Below are positions 47,569-54,823 of a stretch of 64,000 nt of DNA, piece after piece. Under the pieces are notes generated by a model that searched no databases, was not told where the DNA came from, and saw nothing but the letters and a program-made list of their open reading frames with translations. The translations under genes and the position numbers were made by a program. Within the stretch, counting starts at the first letter, position 1, and each line of letters begins with the position of its first letter. Source of the DNA: a virus; IMG/VR virus record IMGVR_UViG_3300049734_000491, positions 32,001-96,000 of that record; one strand, given 5' to 3'.

Positions 47569-47747
47569 TGCGGCTCCGGATCACGGTGCGGGGCACCGAC
47601 ACGGAGCTCAGGGGCTACATCGACATCGATGACGACATGGAGCGGTTGAAGGCGTTCGCCGCTGCGATGGAGCCCTTCGGACTCGTGCTGGCCTCAGAAG
47701 CCGATGAGGACTACGACCCCTTCGTCTGGGTCGATCCGGGAACCTGA
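47565..47747 (+). CDS. Small hypothetical protein (60 aa)
   Basis: GTGA overlap; followed by a hairpin. Confidence 0.55.
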   Translation: MMRLRITVRGTDTELRGYIDIDDDMERLKAFAAAMEPFGLVLASEADEDYDPFVWVDPGT

Positions 47748-47757
47748 CCCCATACGC

Positions 47758-47787
47758 GGAACGACCGCCCCGAAGGACGGCCGTTCC
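47758..47787. terminator. Hairpin between convergent transcription units
   Basis: GGAACGACCG-CCCCGAAGGA-CGGCCGTTCC. Confidence 0.5.
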
Positions 47788-47890
47788 ACACAACAACAAC
47801 AGGACAACCACATCCCGTTGTCGATGAGTGTAGCACCAACCGTTTCACCCACGCCAGTCCCTTCACGAATCCTGAGGGAATCTGCAGAAC

Positions 47891-48415
47891 TCACGACTGA
47901 CGCTGCCGAGCCCTCCAACGTCGACCAGCTTCTCGCTGACACGTTCGACAACGACGAAACCCTTTCGGGTCGATGTACGTGTTCGCTGTGTCGTAGGGAT
48001 GTCCGAACGGACAGCTGGTCATGTGTTCGTAGCGTCGACGTAGGTTCTCGGAGCGCGTAACCGGCTCGAGATGCTCAGGATTCACACACAGCGTGTTGAG
48101 GCAGAGGTGATCAAGGTCCAAGTCATCTGGAACCTTGGGTCCAAGCGCTTCGTAGATAAGTCGGTGTGCTCGATGAGTGCGACCCTGCCACTTGATCTGA
48201 CCGTACCCATCACTACTGACTGTTCCTTTCCACTGCCAACAACCTGAGCTAGGGACAATTTCGTAGAGACGGTGTAAACGATCTTCAAGAGTCTCGTCAC
48301 GAAATGCCCCACCAGCGTAAGGATCACCGTACCGCGACTGTCGATAGTGGTGAGGTCCGCAAAATCCATCTGCTCTGATCGGACGAGAGCAGTCTGGCAG
48401 CAAGCACTCAGACAT
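47891..48415 (-). CDS. HNH endonuclease with N- and C-terminal Zn motifs
   Basis: GCWQWKG..DGYG..AHR..LDHLCLNTLCVNPEHLEPVT.SEN; CPFGHPY..RRCRTC. Confidence 0.9.
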   Translation of the reverse strand: MSECLLPDCSRPIRADGFCGPHHYRQSRYGDPYAGGAFRDETLEDRLHRLYEIVPSSGCWQWKGTVSSDGYGQIKWQGRTHRAHRLIYEALGPKVPDDLDLDHLCLNTLCVNPEHLEPVTRSENLRRRYEHMTSCPFGHPYDTANTYIDPKGFRRCRTCQREAGRRWRARQRQS

Positions 48416-48426
48416 CAACGTGAACT

Positions 48427-49728
48427 CTAATCGTACGGAAGCTCCAAGTGCTTCAGAATGTGGTACGCCAACCAACGTGCCACCGGTGAAGCGATCCCAT
48501 TACCAATCATCTTGTATCGTGCACTATCTGGGATTTCGTTGCCACTTGAATCCCATCTAGTATGATCATCCGGCCAGCCCTGCAGTCGCTCACACTCCCG
48601 AGGCGTGAGCCGTCGAACCCCGATCATGTCCCCAGCTACCTGTGGGACACCAGCTCCGTTGGCCACCCGTAGCGTCGGGGTGAACTTGTCCGACACCTGC
48701 TCGTCGTGCAGGTTGTTCCCGTTGAACGAGACCACCGCCGGAGCGTGGCCGTCCGCCGGCAGCGTGGGCGAAGGATCCCCGGGCTTGGGATGGGATCGGT
48801 TGGTCTTGCTGGTGATCTGGGCGGTGTCGAACGGCATCGGCTCAGCCACGACCGTGTACATCCCCTTGTCGAGGCGGGTGGGGATCCCCTTGTAGTCGCG
48901 AGCTGTCAGCGTGTTGGCCATCTCTGGGATGAAGGTCATGCGCTCGGTGTCGGGTGACCAGCCACGTCGACCGGACCCCCCGCCCAGCGTGCCGGCCACG
49001 TCGGGGATCAAGTGGTTGGCTTGGGCGGAGTTGTCATCCGCGCCGCAACCTGCTCCAACGCCGTTTGCAGTGAGGGCGGAAGCGATCGTCCCCGACTTGC
49101 TGCCCTTCGCAGGATCCCGGCGCACCCTTTCGGTGACAGGAAGTATTTGGGGTCCACCGACTCTTCCAAGATCGAAGCAAGCGACGACGAACACTCGTCG
49201 GCGCCGTTGGGGGACTCCGCAGAAACGAGCATCCAGCACTCGCCACTGGATGTCCACCGCCCCGCATTCGGCCAAGAGGTCGAGGACTTGCGCGAAGTCG
49301 TCGCCCTGAGAGCTTGAGAGGGCGCCTCCGACGTTCTCCCAGACAGCATATGAGGGGATTCGTCCAAGGTCACGGTACTCCTTGATGATCCTGATCGCCT
49401 CGAGGAACAACCCCGAGCGAGTTCCTTCCTTCATGCCAGCTCGTTGACCCGAGATCGACAGATCTTGGCACGGGCTGCCGAAGCTGATGATGTCGCAGGG
49501 CGGCAGGTCCACTGCCTTCACGTCGGAGACATCGCCCCAGCGAGGTGTGTCCGGCCAGTGCCGAGCCAGGATCTCGTTGCACCACGAGTCCCACTCGACC
49601 AGTCCCACGGTGTTGGCCCCGACTGCCTCGAAACCGAGATCCATGCCACCGACGCCGGCGAACAGGGAGAGGTGGTCGGCCCGAGGAGTGGCGATCCGTC
49701 GCTGTCGTCGGCGAGTTGGGGTAGCCAT
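48427..49728 (-). CDS. DNA (cytosine-5) methyltransferase
   Basis: LFAGVGG, GDV, GSPCQDLS, ENV, PQRRRRVF, RRLTPRECERLQGWP, GN. Confidence 0.95.
   Translation of the reverse strand: MATPTRRRQRRIATPRADHLSLFAGVGGMDLGFEAVGANTVGLVEWDSWCNEILARHWPDTPRWGDVSDVKAVDLPPCDIISFGSPCQDLSISGQRAGMKEGTRSGLFLEAIRIIKEYRDLGRIPSYAVWENVGGALSSSQGDDFAQVLDLLAECGAVDIQWRVLDARFCGVPQRRRRVFVVACFDLGRVGGPQILPVTERVRRDPAKGSKSGTIASALTANGVGAGCGADDNSAQANHLIPDVAGTLGGGSGRRGWSPDTERMTFIPEMANTLTARDYKGIPTRLDKGMYTVVAEPMPFDTAQITSKTNRSHPKPGDPSPTLPADGHAPAVVSFNGNNLHDEQVSDKFTPTLRVANGAGVPQVAGDMIGVRRLTPRECERLQGWPDDHTRWDSSGNEIPDSARYKMIGNGIASPVARWLAYHILKHLELPYD
49008..49373 (-). CDS. Alternative-frame ORF nested in the methyltransferase gene (possible beta-polypeptide)
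   Basis: SLASILEE.VDPKYFLSPKGCAGILRRA..RG..LP..L..AL. Confidence 0.55.
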   Translation of the reverse strand: MTLDESPHMLSGRTSEAPSQALRATTSRKSSTSWPNAGRWTSSGECWMLVSAESPNGADECSSSLASILEESVDPKYFLSPKGCAGILRRAASRGRSLPPSLQTALEQVAARMTTPPKPTT

Positions 49729-49755
49729 GGTCGGAGCTTACTCGGTCGACCAGGC

Positions 49756-50040
49756 TCAGCCGGGAATGGTCAACTCATTTCGGCGCTTCCGTCGTCGGCT
49801 CGTCTGGCGGTTCTTGGCCTCATCGGTGGTGGGCCCCTCCATCATCACGACGCGGACGAGCCACTGGCGGCGGCACCGAGTGTTCACGCACTGCACCACC
49901 GTCACGGCCGTGTCGGTGGAGGGTTCCTGACCCGTCTTGTGGGTGTCCCCATCACGGTCGGACTGGAAGGTGTTGCTGTTCACGTGGTCGACCTGTCCAC
50001 CACAGCGGAGGCAGGTCACATCGAGTTGGTATCGGCTCAC
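49756..50040 (-). CDS. Small Zn-ribbon protein (94 aa)
   Basis: CLRCG...CVNTRC; TAGTAT 6 nt before GTG. Confidence 0.65.
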   Translation of the reverse strand: MSRYQLDVTCLRCGGQVDHVNSNTFQSDRDGDTHKTGQEPSTDTAVTVVQCVNTRCRRQWLVRVVMMEGPTTDEAKNRQTSRRRKRRNELTIPG

Positions 50041-50071
50041 AGGGCCATACTACAACTCATTGGTGAAACCC

Positions 50072-50350
50072 CGCCACCGCCGGCCGTGATTCCTGTGGCT
50101 GTCGGTGGGCTTTTGTCCGACGGTGGCGTGAGATGCCCCGCACCGCCAACCGCTCCTCGAAAGGCTGTCGAGGTAACTTCAGGTTGACGGTGCGGGAACC
50201 CGATGATCGCCACTGGTCTTGGCTGTCGATGCGACATCGGATCATTGGGTCGAGGGAGGGGCGGCTGTCGGATGTCCAATGGACCCTAGAAGGTGTCACC
50301 GCTGGCCGGAGTGCTTACAGCTGTCGCGAACTCTATGGGCCAGCGGTGAC
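50072..50350 (-). ncRNA. TIGR-like stem-loop guide array, 5 dual-spacer units
   Basis: Units at 50072-50128, 50137-50196, 50198-50250, 50247-50286, 50295-50350. Each reads stem-[CCA-like]-N9-CG-ACAG-[CCA-like]-N9(10)-CG-stem on the - strand. Confidence 0.85.
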
Positions 50351-50355
50351 GAGTA

Positions 50356-51210
50356 TTACAGACCCTCCTCTGACTTCCAGCGGGGCGGGAGGCCCGAAGC
50401 GACACGCCACAGGTCGATGCCGATCTGCTTGGCGGTGAACCGGAGGGCGGCGTTGTGCTTGTGGGCCTGCGTCCACTCCTCGCGGGCCTCGTACTTCGCC
50501 TTGGCCTGATCGTAGGCATCACGGTAGGGAGACCGACGACGGGGCGCCCGTGTTACGGCTGTCGCGGCATTCGCGGCCGCGTCGTCGGTCAGGATGACGG
50601 GATCATCGGTACCACCACCGGTCGCGCACAGCCCAGCTCCCGTAACCACATCGGACTCGGTGGTGGTACCGGCCGAGCCGATCTGCTTGACGCAGGACTC
50701 GGCGAGCAGGTGGAGCAGCATCTTCGCCACGGGGTTGCCCAGAGCGAGGGTGTCTGCCTGGTCCATCCCCTTGCGGCGCTTGGCCGCGGGGTCGCCGTGG
50801 CCGCAGTAGGCCAGCAGCTGGCGGGGCGTGCGGTCGAACGGCTCGAGCGCCACGAGGTGGCGATCCTTGCCGCAGCGGAACGAGCACTCGTGCCCCTCGG
50901 GGGACTCGTCCATCCAGATCCACGGCTCGGCGTGGATGGGATCACCGATGGCACCGAGCAGGCGAGCCACGGTGTGCTCACCCAGTCCGACGGTGTCTCG
51001 GGCCCACGCGTAGAGCTCGGGGGCGGCGACACGGAAGGTCCGCTTCATCGCCAGCGCCAGCATCTTCTCGGTGGCCTGCAGGTTGGTCACGTGCTGGGTC
51101 ATGGCCTCGGGGGCCGCTGGGATGTGGCGGAGTCTGTGCTCCGTGGCGATCCGCAGCTTCTGGGCATCGTGATAGCTCTCGGCGATCACCTTCAATTGGT
51201 CGTAGCTCAT
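50356..51210 (-). CDS. tasA: TasA-like Nop-domain (IS110-related) RNA-binding protein lacking a nuclease domain
   Basis: Coiled coil YHDAQKLRIA..HRL; HhH GLGEHTVARLL; RT..QL.AYCG; GN..AK..L; SPYR..YD; H.HN.ALR..AK. No N-terminal DEDD/RuvC domain and no SG catalytic motif; array is adjacent. Confidence 0.8.
   Translation of the reverse strand: MSYDQLKVIAESYHDAQKLRIATEHRLRHIPAAPEAMTQHVTNLQATEKMLALAMKRTFRVAAPELYAWARDTVGLGEHTVARLLGAIGDPIHAEPWIWMDESPEGHECSFRCGKDRHLVALEPFDRTPRQLLAYCGHGDPAAKRRKGMDQADTLALGNPVAKMLLHLLAESCVKQIGSAGTTTESDVVTGAGLCATGGGTDDPVILTDDAAANAATAVTRAPRRRSPYRDAYDQAKAKYEAREEWTQAHKHNAALRFTAKQIGIDLWRVASGLPPRWKSEEGL
50531..50671 (-). ncRNA. Two TIGR-like stem-loop units embedded in the tas coding sequence
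   Basis: 50531-50590: stem-CCG-CGAATGCCG-CG-ACAG-CCG-TAACACGGG-CG-stem. 50607-50671: stem-CCG-ATGTGGTTA-CG-GGAG-CTG-GGCTGTGCG-CG-stem. Confidence 0.8.
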
Positions 51211-51244
51211 TGTCTTGTCCTTTGGTCGTTGTCGTTGTCGTTGG

Positions 51245-51739
51245 TCAGTTGTCGAGGTCAGCGAGACAGGTCACGCCGGCCGCGATGATGGTCTGTGCAG
51301 CCTCCTCGTGGGCGAGGCGGGTGTCACGGATGGAGTTCTCTTGGGTGAGCAGCCAGCCCGCACGGGCGAGATGGTCGTCGGCGGTTGCCTTCAACCATTC
51401 AACCCATCGTCCATCGGGCAGGATGAACGACTGCTCCATGAGCAGCCGACGGGCGGTAGTGGGGTCGGCTCCGGCCGCGATGTCGGTCCGGACTCGGATC
51501 TCGGTCCGACGAACCTCGGCCCGCTGAATGCGGGACACCTCGTAGCGCACGAGCTGGAGCAGCCAGCGCCGTCGCTCGGACTCGGTGAGCGCAGCGATGG
51601 CTGCCTCGGCGATGTCCTGCTGATCTTCGAGACCCGAAGCGATCGCAGCCTTGATGTGGGCGTAGAGCGACGTGGGTGTCGTGACAGCCGACGGGAGGGT
51701 AGTGGTTGTCGGTGTTGTTGGTGGTGCTTGGAACGTCAT
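51245..51739 (-). CDS. Hypothetical helical protein directly upstream of tas (164 aa)
   Basis: Same strand, 34-nt gap containing the AAAGGA RBS for tas; FILPDGRWVEW..AT..DH motif. Confidence 0.75.
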   Translation of the reverse strand: MTFQAPPTTPTTTTLPSAVTTPTSLYAHIKAAIASGLEDQQDIAEAAIAALTESERRRWLLQLVRYEVSRIQRAEVRRTEIRVRTDIAAGADPTTARRLLMEQSFILPDGRWVEWLKATADDHLARAGWLLTQENSIRDTRLAHEEAAQTIIAAGVTCLADLDN

Positions 51740-51746
51740 GGCGGTG

Positions 51747-51777
51747 ACTATAACACACGGTCCTTCGCTGCTGACAA
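51747..51777 (-). promoter_or_regulatory. Sigma70/SigA-like leaderless promoter of the tas operon
   Basis: TTGTCA-N19-TATAGT (with TGN extension), 7 nt before ATG 51739. Confidence 0.55.
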
Positions 51778-52056
51778 ATTACCTGTGGTATCCACAGGAA
51801 GGAGCTCGCTGTGAGTCCCCGAGGAAGAGATCCTGATGACCCAGACGAGTTCCTGCTGTTCGTGCTGGTCGGCCTCGCTTGCCTGGTCCTGCTGTTCTAC
51901 TGGTTCCTGTGGTGGTACCGAACAGGCGGGTCGTAACAGGATTGACACGAACGGAACCCATCTGTAGTACCCTGCCACAAACGAACGGAGCGACCCCCCC
52001 TGCCAAGAGAAGGTCGCTCCGTTGTCCTAATCATCCACTGAAAGGACCCGCCGATT

Positions 52057-52509
52057 ATGGCACGCCCCAAGGCGCTCCGGCGAAAGATTCTGCTCGCAAT
52101 CGGAGCCCTGCTCAGCTTCGGTACCCTCGCAGCCTGCTCGCCACACCAGATCGCTGTGTTCAACAGCCTCTCTCCCGAAGGACAGACTGCAGTGCTCCAG
52201 GAGCTGCAGCGTCAACAGGGCGGAGGAGGAAGTGGTGGTGACTGCTACAGCGCCATCGAACAGGTCTGGCCCGGACATCTCCAGGCCAAGGCTCGGACCA
52301 TCGTGTCCCGCGAGTCCGGCAACAACCCCAGTGCCCAGAACCGTTCATCATCCGCGGCGGGTTGTTGGCAAATCCTGACTGGCTCGTGGATCGACCCCGG
52401 CGGCTGCCCGAGGTCAACTCGTTACGACGCCGTGTGCAACACCCGTGCAGCGCTGGCGCTCTACAACTCGGCCGGCGGTTGGTCGCCGTGGAGGCTGACC
52501 GCCTACTGA
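52057..52509 (+). CDS. Lipoprotein with lytic transglycosylase (SLT/Rpf-like) domain
   Basis: Signal peptide with LAAC lipobox; RESGNNPSAQN..SSAAGCWQ...GWSPW. Confidence 0.8.
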   Translation: MARPKALRRKILLAIGALLSFGTLAACSPHQIAVFNSLSPEGQTAVLQELQRQQGGGGSGGDCYSAIEQVWPGHLQAKARTIVSRESGNNPSAQNRSSSAAGCWQILTGSWIDPGGCPRSTRYDAVCNTRAALALYNSAGGWSPWRLTAY

Positions 52510-52647
52510 TGTTCACCCTGTCGTAACGGACCATTCCGGTAGGGTTCCGGCAGATCGATCCCCCCTGGTCGATTCGGATGGCGGGTAGCGTGGCCCCCCT
52601 CGCTGCCCGCCATCTGCGCGTCCGGCCACTGGAGAGGATCAAGGCTG

Positions 52648-52758
52648 ATGGGCGACGTCCCGCGCGAGATGGCCGTGATCATGGCGTGGTTCGTCGGTCT
52701 GGTGATCGGCTACTTCCTCATCGAGACTGTGGTGCTCTGGCTGGTATTCCGGTTGTAG
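52648..52758 (+). CDS. Possible single-TM peptide (36 aa)
   Basis: MGDVPREMAVIMAWFVGLVIGYFLIETVVLWLVFRL. Confidence 0.4.
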   Translation: MGDVPREMAVIMAWFVGLVIGYFLIETVVLWLVFRL

Positions 52759-52910
52759 TCACCCCTCCAGCCAGCTCGGCCAGTAGGATTTCGCTGTGTC
52801 TGGCGAATCCAAGGAAGAGCGCGAGAAACGCTACGACCGTGAAGACCGCGAGGACCGTCAAGAGCCAGACCCCGATGGCGGGTACCTCGAGGATCCTGAG
52901 GAGGTAGCCC

Positions 52911-53132
52911 GTGAGCGACGACGACTCAGACGGCGACGAGCGAACCCTCCGAGAGCGGATCGGTGATGCTGTCGAAGGTCTCGGTGAACGGATCGGCGGC
53001 AGTGACGAAGCCGAGTTCTTCGAGGACGTTGAGGAGAACGAGGAAACCGACGAGCGCGGGATCTTCCGCAGGTTCGCCGGCCGGCTTCCCCTCCGGCGTC
53101 ATCCTGACTCAGTGGACGAAGATGAGCGCTGA
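52911..53132 (+). CDS. Small acidic protein (73 aa)
   Basis: GAGGAGG RBS before GTG. Confidence 0.55.
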   Translation: MSDDDSDGDERTLRERIGDAVEGLGERIGGSDEAEFFEDVEENEETDERGIFRRFAGRLPLRRHPDSVDEDER

Positions 53133-53500
53133 CGTCGTTCCTCACGACAGATCCGGCACGTCCTTGACACGTAGCCGTCAGTGCCTCGCTGCCAGTACGT
53201 GGACTCTTCGGTGTAAGGATGACCGTGGATGCACGCCACCTTGCGTTCATTCCGACGTCGCCGGTTCTCGGCGAGGGTGACAGCCTCAAGATGGCCAAGG
53301 TTCACACAACCTCGGTTGCCGCACAGGTGGTCGACTTCCCAGCCAGGTTCGAGAGGACCGTTGGCTTCGATCCACACCCAGCGGTGAGCCGGCGTTGTGG
53401 TGGCACGTCCATCGACCTTGATGTGTTTCGTCCCGTACCCGTTGGGTTTCAGGGCGCCAGACCACAATTCACAGTCTTCAGTGTTCACTCCGATACCCAT
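53099..53500 (-). CDS. HNH endonuclease
   Basis: [36 protein letters not shown]; CIHGHPY..RTCRIC. Confidence 0.9.
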   Translation of the reverse strand: MGIGVNTEDCELWSGALKPNGYGTKHIKVDGRATTTPAHRWVWIEANGPLEPGWEVDHLCGNRGCVNLGHLEAVTLAENRRRRNERKVACIHGHPYTEESTYWQRGTDGYVSRTCRICREERRQRSSSSTESG

Positions 53501-53535
53501 CCTTGGATCATGACAGGAATGGAGGTGTAACGACA

Positions 53536-54234
53536 ATGTCTTGGTATGTTGCTCAGTCGCTCGATCAGCTGCTCGATGAGATCAACGCCAGTGCCCCCGG
53601 CAGGAGCAAGGCCTCCGACGGGAGCATCGGCGATGCAGATCACAGCAGCCGTACGAGCGACCATTAGCGCAATCCCTGCGATTGCCACCGAGCTGTCTGT
53701 GCTCGGGACTTCACACACGATCCCGGCGGCGGCTTCGACTCCTACGCGTTCGCCCACTGGTTGGCTGAGCGAACCAAGGGCCCCGAGACCAGGGTCAAGT
53801 ACATTATAAGCAATGGTCAGATTGCTAGCGGACAGGGGCAGGACTACCCAGCTGGCGTCTGGCGGCCCTACACGGGAAGCAACCCCCACGACCATCACGT
53901 CCACGTGTCGGTACGCCACGGCTCCGAGCTGTTCGACAACGCCGCAGGCTGGAGTTGGTCGGGAGCGGCGCCAGGCCCCGGCCCCGGCCCGGAGCCGCCA
54001 GAACCAGAGATCCCACAAGGAGTATTCGACATGTTCGTTCTGATCGCCGACCAAAAGCCCGGTGCGTTGCTCGGCAACGTCTACTTCGAGTTCGCCATGG
54101 AGGAGTACCTCGCGGCGCAGAAGTACTCGCCGAACGTGCCGGTCATGCAGATCGGCCCGGAAACGAACGGCCTTGGCCGTCAGTGGCTGGTCGATCGTCT
54201 CCGCGAGCAGTCGGCCAAGGCAACCGGAACCTGA
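53536..54234 (+). pseudogene. Endolysin (Zn peptidase, M15/LAS-like) interrupted by an in-frame TAG
   Basis: GGAGGT RBS; MSWYVA...[17 protein letters not shown]...ARDFTHD...YII.NG.I...NPHDHHVHVSV; TAG at 53665-53667. Confidence 0.75.
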
Positions 54235-54318
54235 TTGGTGTGGGTGACGGCTTGGACGGCACTCATCGTCTTGGCTCTCGCCCTGCTCTACATCTGGGCG
54301 ACCGGCTATGACCCATGA
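54235..54318 (+). CDS. Possible tiny TM peptide in the lysis cassette (27 aa)
   Basis: Fills the gap exactly (TGA-TTG, then ATGA overlap); VWVTAWTALIVLALALLYIW. Confidence 0.4.
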   Translation: MVWVTAWTALIVLALALLYIWATGYDP

Positions 54319-54551
54319 CGACGAGTTCCGCCCCGAGTTGGTCAAGCTCTGCCTCTAGAAGTGCAGATGAAGGACCATCGTTCATCACGCTGCTCTCCCT
54401 GATCTTGGGAGTGTTGCTGATCATCGAGGCCTTCCGCACCGACGATGCGATCTGGGCTGTTCTCGGCGGGGTGTTCCTCGGGATCCCGGGCATCACCGAG
54501 CTCGTGAGCTACGTCCGGAACTGCGAGCCAACCGTGGGGAGAGAGCAGTGA
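54315..54551 (+). CDS. Holin-like two-TM protein
   Basis: Two hydrophobic helices downstream of the endolysin. Confidence 0.55.
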   Translation: MTTSSAPSWSSSASRSADEGPSFITLLSLILGVLLIIEAFRTDDAIWAVLGGVFLGIPGITELVSYVRNCEPTVGREQ

Positions 54552-54823
54552 AGTCCGTGACGTGGCTCAGCCTCGTGGCGTTCTTCGTCGTCGTGCTGGT
54601 GGTGTCGACGATGTCCACGGTCTCGGTTGACGAACTCCGAGATCGGCTCGGCCCGATGGCCGACTGTCTGGCCGAGAAGAGATGCGAGATCGTGCCGGTC
54701 ACCGCTCCCGCCATAGAGCAGCCAACCGCCTGCCCACTGGGATCGACACTGACCCCGTTCTCGGTTTATCAACGCCAGCCGGTCGAGGCCGACCGAACGA
54801 TCCTGGTCTGCGTTCCGGACTAG
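54548..54823 (+). CDS. Membrane-anchored Cys-containing protein of the lysis cassette
   Basis: N-terminal TM, GTGA overlap, four Cys. Confidence 0.55.
   Translation: MKSVTWLSLVAFFVVVLVVSTMSTVSVDELRDRLGPMADCLAEKRCEIVPVTAPAIEQPTACPLGSTLTPFSVYQRQPVEADRTILVCVPD

Noticed and set aside
50072-50350. CRISPR array
   Set aside because: The conserved element is only ~8 nt, the variable parts are 9 nt, the stems differ between units, and there are no cas genes.
50356-51210. Active IS110 transposase or insertion sequence
   Set aside because: No N-terminal DEDD RuvC-like domain and no catalytic SG motif; the adjacent multi-unit array fits Tas better.
51678-51742. An eighth TIGR-like unit (CG-ACAA-CCA-CTACCCTCC-CG) at the start of the upstream gene
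   Set aside because: Only half the pattern fits, the closing stem is poor, and Thr/Pro codons can explain it. It may be a degenerate unit but is unsupported.
51750-51785. Guides targeting the tas promoter (autoregulation)
   Set aside because: Only partial matches (6-8 of 9) without a correctly placed partner spacer.
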